Below, piece after piece: positions 1 to 8,985 of a DNA stretch of 64,000 nucleotides. The notes under the pieces were generated by a model, which was given only the letters and a program-made list of their open reading frames with translations, was not told the origin of the DNA and ran no database searches. The stretch is from NCBI GenBank assembly GCA_017622495.1, contig JAGAQY010000006.1, positions 424-64,423 of the forward strand. The letters are read 5' to 3'. Within the stretch, counting starts at the first letter, position 1; each line of letters opens with the position of its first letter. Position numbers and translations under genes: made by a program. This stretch comes from Bacteroidaceae bacterium (GTDB lineage Bacteria > Bacteroidota > Bacteroidia > Bacteroidales > Bacteroidaceae).

Positions 1-29
1 ATTTATGAACTTTTGCCAATAGGGGACAC
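1..29. repeat. third copy of the repeat arm found at 51898-51926
   Basis: ATTTATGAACTTTTGCCAATAGGGGA matches ATTTATGAACTTTCGCCAATAGGAGA at 24 of the first 26 positions. The window begins exactly at this repeat. Confidence 0.7.
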
Positions 30-75
30 TTAAAAAAGTATCAAGAGCAGGTTACGTATTGTTGAATACATGTAT

Positions 76-1353
76 TTATTCCTTTTCACCGAATATTACC
101 TCATAGAGGTCGGTGGGTAGTTTCTTGCGGATACGCTCTTTGCGCTTGCGAATGGTGGTGGGAGTGGTGTGGCCGATGTAGGCAATGACATTGTTGCTGT
201 AGCCCAGATAGGTGCAGAAGCAGCATACCAGCTCCTGATCATTCAGCTCAAGCCCCTCGTGCAGCGTGCTGCAAGCCTCCTTGAAGGAGTCGAAGAGCGT
301 GCTCTCCACATCACGAGTAGCCTCGTAAGCCATATCGTAGAGTTCCTTCTCCTTAATCTGCATGGCGTTAAGTTCCTCATAGCTGGTGGTATTCTCAAAG
401 GCACGGCGACCATCGGCAAGCGAGCGGCGCAGTATCAGTGTCTCGGGAAGGGAAAAGGTCTCCTTGTCCTCCTCTTCTGTAGTCATTGTCGTGGGGCTGG
501 GAAGTGGCGACTGCGGCTCCTCACGGACAAGGTGTCGGCGACGATAATGCTTGCGATAGTACCCTATGGCAAAGGGAGATAGGAGAATCAGCAACAGGAG
601 TATGCGATAGATACGCTGGTGCCGTTTCTGCGCCTTGAACTGAGGGTCGCGTTTCTGAGCCTCTGAAGCTCGCAGATTCTCCTTCACCTCAGGCTTGCCA
701 TTGGCAATGACATTATTCTTCAACTCATCTTTCAGCTCATCCATCGTCTGTTCCAAATAGAGTTTCCCATCACGTGCTTTAAAATGGAGTTGCTTGTAAT
801 GCTCGGCTGAGTCGCTCATACCTAACTTTTCATAGGTCTTCCACAATACATATCCGCTGGTATACTCAACGGATGATTGATGATGTGGCAGCCGCAAGGC
901 CAATTTAGCATAGTAAATGGCAGAGTCAAGCTCTTCGATATGCCAAAGTCCATCGGCCTTAAAAGAACAAAAGTGGGCATAAACAGGATCATCCTTAGGA
1001 GTAAGCCTCATACATTGCTCCAAATATTGTAAGGCAGCTCCATAGTTATGCCTTTGGCAAGATTCTATCCAATGCAGTTTATATAATGCCTCAGCACGTA
1101 AGGTGTCGTTCGCATCGTCACGCACTACGATATTCGCATAGTGATAGTAGGCTTGGTTGTATATTTCAATACTCTTTTCTTTTTGTCCTTCTGCCTCGGC
1201 TTTACGAGCTTGTCCGAAAGTATTAAAGGCTAGTCGCATCTCTTCAATTGCAGATAACGCTGAATTTTCGTTATTCATTGTCTGCCCTGACCGATTGCAC
1301 GACGTGAATGCGAGAGCAACGATAGTCAGCAGGGAATAGATGAATGTTTTCAT
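76..1353 (-). CDS. TPR-repeat lipoprotein-signal membrane protein with C-terminal helix-turn-helix (membrane-spanning one-component regulator candidate)
   Basis: The track ORF 76..1605 was trimmed to the internal ATG at 1353. That start gives MKTFIYSLLTIVALAFTSC, a lipoprotein-type signal. TPR-like Y/A-rich repeats follow, then one hydrophobic span (IYRILLLLILLSPFAIGYY). The C-terminus is HTH-like (LGYSNNVIAYIGHTTPTTIRKRKERIRKKL). A CAAAGATA box (reverse complement TATCTTTG) lies at 1404-1411. Confidence 0.55.
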   Translation of the reverse strand: MKTFIYSLLTIVALAFTSCNRSGQTMNNENSALSAIEEMRLAFNTFGQARKAEAEGQKEKSIEIYNQAYYHYANIVVRDDANDTLRAEALYKLHWIESCQRHNYGAALQYLEQCMRLTPKDDPVYAHFCSFKADGLWHIEELDSAIYYAKLALRLPHHQSSVEYTSGYVLWKTYEKLGMSDSAEHYKQLHFKARDGKLYLEQTMDELKDELKNNVIANGKPEVKENLRASEAQKRDPQFKAQKRHQRIYRILLLLILLSPFAIGYYRKHYRRRHLVREEPQSPLPSPTTMTTEEEDKETFSLPETLILRRSLADGRRAFENTTSYEELNAMQIKEKELYDMAYEATRDVESTLFDSFKEACSTLHEGLELNDQELVCCFCTYLGYSNNVIAYIGHTTPTTIRKRKERIRKKLPTDLYEVIFGEKE

Positions 1354-1555
1354 AGTGCAATGCATATATTCAGTGGTTACATATATAATGTGTTCGTCTG
1401 TTGCAAAGATAAGGCTTTTACAACAGACGAACACAAAAACGGGCGTGAAAAAAGCGTGACATGAGCGTGACAAATGCGTGACATTGGCCACACGTAGCGT
1501 GACATCGAAATCTTTTTTCCAAGGATTCCCCCGATGGAAAGGGCGTTTCTCTTTC

Positions 1556-2392
1556 TCAGCCCAGCATCTTCTCGGCCATAGCGAAGCCGTGGCGGTAGAG
1601 GGCATTCATCTTGTCCATGTTGGTCTCGATGCGGGCCACATCGACGGGATGGTCGGGGCGGACGACGGTGATGCGCCCCTCACGCTCGAGCTGCTCTACC
1701 CAGGTGAGCTGGGCATTGTATCGGACTCCACGGGTGCGCAGTGCCTCGCGCAGCTTGGGGTAGCGGCTATAGACGAACGGGGGGATGCGGGGCGGACGCT
1801 CTTCCTTGCGGTAGCCATGGTGGCGGGTGAGCACTACCACGGCATGCTCATAGCCCTGGGCGAAGGCGCGGGCGAGGGGGATGGAGTCGGCAATGCCGCC
1901 ATCGAGCATGGCACGGCCGTCGACATGGGCGATGGGGCAGGCAAAGGGCAGGGCCGAGGAAGCACGCACGATGTCGATGATGCGCTCGGGGTTCTCCTTC
2001 TCTTCCAGGTATACGGCTTCGCCCGTGAGGCAGTCGGTGGCTACGCTCTCTACGCGCATGGGGTTGGCGCGGTAGGCGGCGTAGTCGTAGGGCCAGAGGG
2101 TCTCGGGCAACTCGCGGTAGAGGAGCTCCATATCCATGATGCTGTGGTGGCGCAGGAGGTTGCGCACACCGAGGTAGTGGCGCTCGGCCTGCAGGTCGGC
2201 AAAGGTGTACTTGGCACGGCCACGCTGATGCGAGGCGAACGACAGGGCGTTGCTCGAGCCTGCCGACACGCCTACGAGGTAGGGAAAGGTGATGTGATGG
2301 TCGATCATCCAGTCGAGCACGCCGCTGGTGAATACACCGCGCATGCCGCCCCCTTCGAGCACAAGGGCTGTGTGTGTGAACCTGTCTGCCAT
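1556..2392 (-). CDS. patatin-like phospholipase
   Basis: Glycine-rich oxyanion motif LEGGGMRG, the GxSxG nucleophile motif GVSAG, and a later DGG motif. Confidence 0.85.
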   Translation of the reverse strand: MADRFTHTALVLEGGGMRGVFTSGVLDWMIDHHITFPYLVGVSAGSSNALSFASHQRGRAKYTFADLQAERHYLGVRNLLRHHSIMDMELLYRELPETLWPYDYAAYRANPMRVESVATDCLTGEAVYLEEKENPERIIDIVRASSALPFACPIAHVDGRAMLDGGIADSIPLARAFAQGYEHAVVVLTRHHGYRKEERPPRIPPFVYSRYPKLREALRTRGVRYNAQLTWVEQLEREGRITVVRPDHPVDVARIETNMDKMNALYRHGFAMAEKMLG

Positions 2393-2517
2393 GCTGTGCG
2401 TTTGTTTTTTTTACCAATTCTACGATTATTTCGCAAATATATAAAAATCATTTTGTAATTTCGCTCCGTGAAGTTGCTGCCGTAGCACGAATTTAGAAAA
2501 AATTAAGAATCCACTCT

Positions 2518-3297
2518 ATGTCTACCATTATCTATCCCTCTCCTATCTTTGGCCCTATAAGGAGCCGTCGCCTGGGCATATCGCTGGGTATCAATCTGCT
2601 GCCGGGTGACGGCAAGGTGTGTACCTTCGACTGTATCTATTGCGAGTGTGGCTTCAATGCCGAGCGCCGTCCCAAGCAGAAACTGCCCACACGCCATGAG
2701 GTAGCAGAAGCATTGGAAAAGAAATTGGTGCAGATGCAGGCCGAGGGCATGGCACCCGATGTACTGACATTCGCGGGAAACGGTGAGCCTACGGCGCACC
2801 CCGACTTTGCGGCTATCATAGATGATACGTTGCAGCTGCGCGACCGCTATTTCCCCCATGCCAAGGTGAGTGTGCTCACCAATGCCACGCGCATCAATAG
2901 GCCAGAGGTGTTTGAGGCGCTGAAGCGGGTAGACAACAATATCGTGAAGCTCGATACGGTGGACATGGCCTATATCGCCCGGGTAGACCGCCCCGTGGGC
3001 CACTATGACCTGGACGAACTCATCGAGTGCATGAGGGCCTTTGAGGGGCATTGTGTGGTGCAGACTATGTTTATGAGAGGCACCGATGCCGAAGGCGTGT
3101 CGGTAGACAATACCACGCCCCAGTATGTAGACCCGTGGCTCGATGCCGTGGAGAGCATAGCACCGCGTGAGGTGATGATATATACGATAGATCGTGAGAC
3201 GCCGTCGCACAATCTGCAGAAGGCCTTGCCTGAGCAGCTCGACGGTATCGTAGAGCGTCTCATATCTCGGGGTATCAAGGCCTCGGCTTCGTATTGA
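2518..3297 (+). CDS. radical SAM protein
   Basis: CxxxCxxC cluster motif CTFDCIYCEC near the N-terminus. Length is typical of a small radical SAM enzyme. Confidence 0.8.
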   Translation: MSTIIYPSPIFGPIRSRRLGISLGINLLPGDGKVCTFDCIYCECGFNAERRPKQKLPTRHEVAEALEKKLVQMQAEGMAPDVLTFAGNGEPTAHPDFAAIIDDTLQLRDRYFPHAKVSVLTNATRINRPEVFEALKRVDNNIVKLDTVDMAYIARVDRPVGHYDLDELIECMRAFEGHCVVQTMFMRGTDAEGVSVDNTTPQYVDPWLDAVESIAPREVMIYTIDRETPSHNLQKALPEQLDGIVERLISRGIKASASY

Positions 3298-3414
3298 TGT
3301 TTTGTTAGTCGCTGTGTGTGACTCTTATATATATATAATAGCATTGTCTTAAACCTTTCCTCGTCTCGGAGTGTTCTTATCGGGTAGAATATAACCCTAA
3401 AAAAAGACATCCGT

Positions 3415-3990
3415 ATGAAAAGTGTAAAAGGAACCTTGACCGAGAAGAACCTGTTGACCTCGTTTGCCGGCGAGTCGCAGGCCCGTATGCGCTATACCTA
3501 TTTTGCCGAGGAGGCCAGGCGCGAAGGCTACGAGCAGATAGCAGCCATCTTTCAGGAGACAGCCGAGCAGGAGAAGATGCATGCCGAGCGCATGTTCCGC
3601 TTCCTCGAAGGAGGCATGGTAGAGATACGTGCCGACTATCCTGCTGGAAAAATACAAACCACGATGGACAACCTGCGGGCTGCGGCGGCAGGGGAGCATG
3701 AAGAGTGGTATGAGATGTATCCCGTGTTTGCCGATGTAGCCGAAGATGAGGGCTTCAAGGAGATTGCCATCATGTATAGAGCCATCTGCGTGGCCGAGCA
3801 GCAACACGAAGAGCGCTACCTGAGGCTGTTGGAGAATATGGAGCGCGAGCACACCTTCCATCGTCCCGAACCCGTGACATGGCAATGCCGAAAGTGTGGA
3901 TATACATTCACCGGCAAGAAGGCGCCCGACCGCTGTCCAGCTTGCCTGCATCCCAAAGGATACTTCGAGGTGAAGGCCGACAACTACTGA
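3415..3990 (+). CDS. rbr: rubrerythrin
   Basis: Ferritin-like diiron ExxH motifs (EQEKMHAE, EHEEWYE). C-terminal rubredoxin-like CRKC...CPAC. Confidence 0.9.
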   Translation: MKSVKGTLTEKNLLTSFAGESQARMRYTYFAEEARREGYEQIAAIFQETAEQEKMHAERMFRFLEGGMVEIRADYPAGKIQTTMDNLRAAAAGEHEEWYEMYPVFADVAEDEGFKEIAIMYRAICVAEQQHEERYLRLLENMEREHTFHRPEPVTWQCRKCGYTFTGKKAPDRCPACLHPKGYFEVKADNY

Positions 3991-4047
3991 TAGGGTGCTG
4001 AGGCGAGGAATATGGTGCTGCATGAGCAGATTTCGTTCGCTATAGTA

Positions 4048-4078
4048 GGGTGGCGGGAGACTTCCGCTACCCTTTTTT
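4048..4078 (+). terminator. rho-independent terminator after rubrerythrin
   Basis: GGGTGGCGG / CCGCTACCC stem with one wobble, followed by TTTTTT. Confidence 0.6.
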
Positions 4079-4288
4079 GTGGGCTGACAGGGGGAGGGCG
4101 TGTGCTCTAAATTGACGTTTTTGCCACATAAAAGATGAGGAAATGGGGATTTTTGAGATTTTTTTTGCGCAAAAAAAGTTTTTCAGTGCATTTTTGTCAG
4201 AAATCCAAAAAAAATATTTGGAGCGAAAGAGAAAGTTTGTTTCCTTTGTAGCGCTTTAAGTTATTTATTCATTAAAAACATTACTATT

Positions 4289-4525
4289 ATGGCAGAAATT
4301 GAAGCAAGAGTAAAAGCTATTATCGTTGACAAGCTCGGTGTAGACGAGTCAGAAGTAACTCCTACCGCAAGCTTCACTAACGATCTCGGTGCAGATTCTT
4401 TGGATACAGTAGAGTTGATCATGGAGTTGGAGAAGGAATTCGGTATGTCAATTCCCGATGATCAGGCTGAGAAGATCGCTACCGTACAGGACGCTATCGA
4501 CTACATCGCTAACAACGCGAAGTAA
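4289..4525 (+). CDS. acpP: acyl carrier protein
   Basis: 78 aa with the canonical phosphopantetheine site [17 protein letters not shown]. Confidence 0.95.
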   Translation: MAEIEARVKAIIVDKLGVDESEVTPTASFTNDLGADSLDTVELIMELEKEFGMSIPDDQAEKIATVQDAIDYIANNAK

Positions 4526-4549
4526 TCAGAGTACAGCGATAGTACTATA

Positions 4550-4595
4550 AAAAGTCGTATTAATTGGTCAAAATCCGATTATACGACTTTTTATT
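4550..4595 (+). terminator. long hairpin between acpP and rnc (terminator and/or RNase III processing site)
   Basis: AAAAGTCGTAT(T)AATTGG pairs with CCGATTATACGACTTTT. That is about 17 bp with one bulge and one G-U pair, with loop TCAAAAT. TTATTATT follows. The hairpin ends about 22 nt before the rnc ATG. Confidence 0.55.
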
Positions 4596-4613
4596 ATTAA
4601 ACCCCATTCCCCT

Positions 4614-5483
4614 ATGCATCGCCTGGCCGATTACATACACTACCTCTTCAGCAGCGACAAGGAGTTTCGTCGCAAGCTGCGCCGTATCTTGGGATTTTAT
4701 CCTCGCGAGGTCTCTGTCTATCGTGAGGCGCTCATGCACCGCTCGCTCAACTATCACCGTCAAGGTAATCAGAAGAAAGACAATGAGCGGCTCGAGTATC
4801 TGGGCGATGCCATCATAGAGGCTGTAGTGAGCGACATCCTCTACCACCAGTTTCCCGGCAAGAAGGAGGGCTTCCTCACCTCTGTGCGAAGCAAGATAGT
4901 ACAGCGCAGCAGTCTCAACCGTCTGGCCAAGGAGACGGGGCTGGTCGACCTCATACAGTCGACTCACATCAACCACACACACAACAGCTTCATCCCCGGC
5001 AACGCCTTTGAGGCACTAGTGGGAGCCATCTACCTCGACCGTGGTTATGCCTGGTGCTACCGCTTCTTCGAGCATCGCCTGATAGGAAAGCATATCGACC
5101 TCAAGCAGGTGGCCAAGGAGGACGACAACTTCAAGAGCAAGCTCATCGAGTGGAGCCAGAAGACACAGTTTGCCGTCATGTTCGAGCTTGTGGACGAGAA
5201 CACGGTAGGCACCAACAGCCCCACCTTCCGTAGCCGCGTATGCATAGAAGGTCTCGAGTTTGGTACCGGTTTCGGCTATTCCAAGAAAGAGAGTCAGCAG
5301 CTTGCCGCCAAAGAGGCCATGCGCCACATCCGCAAGAAAGATGACTTGTACAAAAATGCCGTTGGGCACTATGAAGCGCGTACAGCTCCCGCAGTAGCAC
5401 CCTCCAAGGAGGTGCAGGAGCATATCCTCGAGGCATCAGACGAACCGCATGCTGCACCTGCTGAAGGCAAAGCCACTGCATAA
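4614..5483 (+). CDS. rnc: ribonuclease III
   Basis: RNase III signature ERLEYLGDA. A C-terminal dsRBD-like region is present (GYSKKESQQLAAKEAM), followed by an Ala/Pro-rich tail. Confidence 0.9.
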   Translation: MHRLADYIHYLFSSDKEFRRKLRRILGFYPREVSVYREALMHRSLNYHRQGNQKKDNERLEYLGDAIIEAVVSDILYHQFPGKKEGFLTSVRSKIVQRSSLNRLAKETGLVDLIQSTHINHTHNSFIPGNAFEALVGAIYLDRGYAWCYRFFEHRLIGKHIDLKQVAKEDDNFKSKLIEWSQKTQFAVMFELVDENTVGTNSPTFRSRVCIEGLEFGTGFGYSKKESQQLAAKEAMRHIRKKDDLYKNAVGHYEARTAPAVAPSKEVQEHILEASDEPHAAPAEGKATA

Positions 5484-5579
5484 GTGCGAAGGGTGTGTGT
5501 TTTTTTATCGGGGATGTTACTATATGTTATAATTTATTATAAAATGGCGAGATAGTAGGTTGGTCTCAAATCTTTGCAC

Positions 5580-5587
5580 TACATTTG
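5580..5587 (+). promoter_or_regulatory. Bacteroidetes -7 promoter box (TACATTTG) for the GH3-family gene
   Basis: Matches TAnnTTTG, 24 nt upstream of the ATG at 5611. Confidence 0.45.
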
Positions 5588-5610
5588 TGCAATTTTTATA
5601 AACGAGGATA

Positions 5611-7122
5611 ATGCAAACCAAACTGATTGGTACTGCCTTAAAGTTCAGACAGCACAAGATTGACCGATACGATACCCAGGCCGAGGCGATACAGCGTCGC
5701 GTCCTCTCACGCCTTATCAGCAAGAGCCGCCACACCGAGTGGGGTGCTCTATATGGCTATGACAATATGCGCGACTACGAGCAGTTTGCTGCCCGTGTGC
5801 CCGTCTCCGACTACGAGGGACTGAAGGGCTACATCGACCGTATGCGCCACGGCGAGAGCGACATCCTGTGGCCCGGACGTGTGAAGTGGTACGCCAAGTC
5901 ATCGGGCACTACCAACGACAAGAGCAAGTTTATCCCTGTATCGCAGGACGGCCTCGACAACCTACACTACCGTGGAGGCACAGATTCAGTGGCCCTCTAC
6001 CTCCGCAGCAATCCGCAGAGCCGAATGTTCGGCGGCAAGGCGCTCATTCTTGGCGGTAGCCATGCTCCCAACTATAACCTGCCCCACAGCCTCGTGGGCG
6101 ACCTCAGCGCCATCCTCATCGAGAACATCAGCCCCTTCGTCAACCTCTTCCGTGTGCCTGGCAAGGAGATAGCCCTGCTGAGCGACTTCGAGGAGAAGAT
6201 GGAGCGCATAGCCCAATATATCAAGGATTGCAACATCACGAACCTCTCCGGTGTGCCCTCTTGGATGATGGCTGTGCTCAAGCGTACGCTCGAGGTTACA
6301 GGCAAGGACAACCTATGCCAGCTATGGCCTCACCTGGAGGTATTCTTCCATGGTGGCGTGGCTTTTACACCCTACCGTGAGCAGTACAAGCAGCTCATCC
6401 CCACCGACCGTATGCACTATATGGAGACCTACAACGCCAGTGAGGGCTTCTTTGGCCTACAGAGCGACCTCGCCGACCCTGCCATGCTGCTGATGCTTGA
6501 CTACGATGTGTTCTACGAGTTCATCCCCATGGACGAGTTTGGCAAGGAGAACCCCACCATCGTACCCCTCTGGGGCGTGGAGCCTGGACGCAACTACGCC
6601 ATGGTCATTAGCACATCGTGCGGCCTGTGGCGCTACATCATCGGCGACACGGTGAAATTTACTCAAAAGAATCCCTATAAGTTCATCATCACTGGGCGCA
6701 CCAAGCATTTCATCAACGCCTTTGGCGAGGAGCTTGTGGTGGATAATGCCGAGAAGGGCCTACGACAGGCTTGCGAGGCCACCGGCGCACAGGTCAAGGA
6801 GTACACTGCCGCCCCCGTCTTCATGGATGGTAATGCCAAGTGCCGCCACCAGTGGCTCATCGAGTTTGCCATACCCCCTGCCGACTTCAGCGCCTTCGCC
6901 ACACTACTCGATCAGGCTTTGCAGACCATCAACTCCGACTATGAGGCCAAGCGCTACAAGGATATCACCCTGCAGGAGCTTGAGATAGTGCCTGCACGCA
7001 AGGGTCTCTTCGATGCCTGGCTCAAGGAGAAAGGCAAGCTGGGCGGACAGCACAAGATACCCCGCCTGAGCAACTCACGCGACATCATAGAGGATATGAT
7101 GCGGTTCAATATGGTAGAGTAG
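5611..7122 (+). CDS. GH3 auxin-responsive-promoter family protein (acyl-adenylate-forming amido synthetase fold)
   Basis: About 500 aa with YAKSSGTTNDKSKFIPVS (adenylation P-loop-like) and a YNASEGFFG motif. Both are typical of bacterial GH3 homologues. Confidence 0.8.
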   Translation: MQTKLIGTALKFRQHKIDRYDTQAEAIQRRVLSRLISKSRHTEWGALYGYDNMRDYEQFAARVPVSDYEGLKGYIDRMRHGESDILWPGRVKWYAKSSGTTNDKSKFIPVSQDGLDNLHYRGGTDSVALYLRSNPQSRMFGGKALILGGSHAPNYNLPHSLVGDLSAILIENISPFVNLFRVPGKEIALLSDFEEKMERIAQYIKDCNITNLSGVPSWMMAVLKRTLEVTGKDNLCQLWPHLEVFFHGGVAFTPYREQYKQLIPTDRMHYMETYNASEGFFGLQSDLADPAMLLMLDYDVFYEFIPMDEFGKENPTIVPLWGVEPGRNYAMVISTSCGLWRYIIGDTVKFTQKNPYKFIITGRTKHFINAFGEELVVDNAEKGLRQACEATGAQVKEYTAAPVFMDGNAKCRHQWLIEFAIPPADFSAFATLLDQALQTINSDYEAKRYKDITLQELEIVPARKGLFDAWLKEKGKLGGQHKIPRLSNSRDIIEDMMRFNMVE

Positions 7123-7200
7123 CAGTAAAGCAACTGTATTAGAAATATCCCATACTAAAGATTTTTTAAGATTTGTATCTGATAATTCGTGAAAAGGTGG

Positions 7201-7208
7201 TAATTTTG
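7201..7208 (+). promoter_or_regulatory. -7 promoter box (TAATTTTG) for the SulP gene
   Basis: Matches TAnnTTTG, 56 nt upstream of the ATG at 7264. Confidence 0.45.
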
Positions 7209-7263
7209 CACCATCAATTGACTCGATTATAATAAGGTATCAGTTAAAAAGTCTTATTCACGT

Positions 7264-8967
7264 ATGAAACTATTTGAATTTCAGCCCAAGTTGTTCTCCT
7301 GCTTGAAGGGATACAACAAGGCGACCTTTATGTCCGACCTCATGGCCGGTATTATAGTAGGTATTGTGGCCCTTCCACTGGCCATTGCTTTTGGTATCGC
7401 ATCAGGTGTCACTCCCGAGAAGGGTATCATCACCGCCATCATAGCTGGTCTGCTCATCTCTGTTTTCGGAGGCAGCAAGGTGCAGATAGGTGGACCTACA
7501 GGCGCCTTCATCGTCATTGTCTTCGGTATCATTGCCGACTACGGTATCAACGGCCTCGTCATTGCCACCTTCATGGCGGGTATCTTCCTCATCCTGATGG
7601 GTGTTCTGCGTGTGGGCACTATAATCAAGTACATACCATACCCCATCATCGTGGGCTTTACGAGCGGTATTGCCCTCACCATCTTCACTACACAGATCAA
7701 GGACCTCTTTGGCATGCAGATTGCCGATGTCCCTGCTGACTTCGTGAGCAAGTGGGTGGTATACTTCCAGCATTTCGATACGATGAATATATGGCCCCTG
7801 CTTATAGGTATATGCAGCATCCTCATCATTGTATACACACCCAAGATAAGCAAGAAGCTCCCCGGTTCGCTTGTAGCCATTATTGTGATGACCATAGTGG
7901 CACTGCTGCTCAAGCACTTTGCCGGTGTTACCACTATCGAGACCATAGGCGACCGATTCACCATCAACCCCAACATGCCCACTCCCGAGGTACCCAAGAT
8001 TACCTGGGAGGTGTTTACCAAACTTATGTCGCCTGCTCTTGTCATTGCTATGCTGGGAGCAATAGAGTCGTTGCTCTCTGCTGCTGTGGCAGATGGTGTT
8101 ATAGGTGACAAGCATGACAGTAACCAGGAACTTGTGGGCCAGGGTATCGCCAATATGGTATGTTCGCTCTTTGGCGGTATCCCCGCTACAGGTGCCATCG
8201 CTCGTACCATGACCAATATCAATAATGGTGGCCGTACTCCCGTGGCAGGCATCATCCATGCCCTCGTGTTACTGCTCATCTATTTCTTCCTCATGCCGCT
8301 GGCCAAGTACATCCCCATGTCGTGCCTGGCAGGTATCCTTGTAGTAGTATCATATAATATGAGTGAGTGGCGCAGCTTCAAGGCCATTCTCAAGAATCCT
8401 AAGAGCGATATCACCGTATTGCTCGTCACCTTCTTCCTTACGGTCATCTTCGACCTCACGGTAGCCATCGAGGTGGGTATCCTCATCGCTTGCCTACTCT
8501 TCATGCGCCGTATGTCTGAGGTTACAAATGTGTCGGTGGAAACGGGCGAAATAGACCTTAGTGTAGATAGCGACCTGCCCGATAATGTAGAGCACCTCAT
8601 CATTCCTGATCGCGTAGAGGTATACGAGATTAATGGGCCCTATTTCTTCGGCATTGCCAATCGTTTCGAGGAGGTGATGAACGATATGGGCAGCATCCCT
8701 GCCGTGCGCATCATCCGTATGCGTAAGGTTCCGTTCATCGATTCCACGGGTGTACACAATCTCACCAACCTCTGCAAGAAATGCTTGAAGAAAGATGTGC
8801 ATATCGTGCTCTCGGGTGTCAATCCCAAGGTAATGGAGGTGCTCTCAAAAGCTGGTTTTGACGAACTCATCGGTAAGGATAATATCTGCAGCCATATCAC
8901 CATCGCTCTGGAGCGTTCACGTGTGCTTGCCGAGGAACTGAAGAATAACCGAGGCAGAGAGTTATGA
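7264..8967 (+). CDS. SulP-family anion (sulfate/bicarbonate) transporter with C-terminal STAS domain
   Basis: Multi-pass hydrophobic N-terminal region of about 400 aa. STAS-like C-terminus (IRMRKVPFIDSTGVHNL). Confidence 0.9.
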   Translation: MKLFEFQPKLFSCLKGYNKATFMSDLMAGIIVGIVALPLAIAFGIASGVTPEKGIITAIIAGLLISVFGGSKVQIGGPTGAFIVIVFGIIADYGINGLVIATFMAGIFLILMGVLRVGTIIKYIPYPIIVGFTSGIALTIFTTQIKDLFGMQIADVPADFVSKWVVYFQHFDTMNIWPLLIGICSILIIVYTPKISKKLPGSLVAIIVMTIVALLLKHFAGVTTIETIGDRFTINPNMPTPEVPKITWEVFTKLMSPALVIAMLGAIESLLSAAVADGVIGDKHDSNQELVGQGIANMVCSLFGGIPATGAIARTMTNINNGGRTPVAGIIHALVLLLIYFFLMPLAKYIPMSCLAGILVVVSYNMSEWRSFKAILKNPKSDITVLLVTFFLTVIFDLTVAIEVGILIACLLFMRRMSEVTNVSVETGEIDLSVDSDLPDNVEHLIIPDRVEVYEINGPYFFGIANRFEEVMNDMGSIPAVRIIRMRKVPFIDSTGVHNLTNLCKKCLKKDVHIVLSGVNPKVMEVLSKAGFDELIGKDNICSHITIALERSRVLAEELKNNRGREL

Positions 8968-8985
8968 TATAATAAATTAATATTT

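Noticed and set aside
76-1605. Long N-terminal extensions of track ORFs: 76-1605, 9812-12091, 25997-27973, 60806-62926, 12701-13594 and 15957-16433.
   Set aside because: In each case an internal ATG gives a canonical signal peptide or the known family N-terminus, and a TAnnTTTG box lies just upstream of it. The extensions would run through promoter regions.
1478-2458. 326-aa + strand ORF, and a 189-aa minus-strand ORF, overlapping the patatin gene.
   Set aside because: These are antisense or alternative-frame ORFs inside a GC-rich gene. Their translations are low-complexity (G/A/V/H-rich or R/P-rich) with no motifs. The patatin frame carries clear catalytic motifs.
3327-3342. A (TA)n microsatellite upstream of rubrerythrin, considered as a slippage-type phase-variation tract.
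   Set aside because: It has only about 6 units, lies more than 70 nt upstream of the start codon, and has no clear relation to a promoter box. There is no evidence that it does anything.
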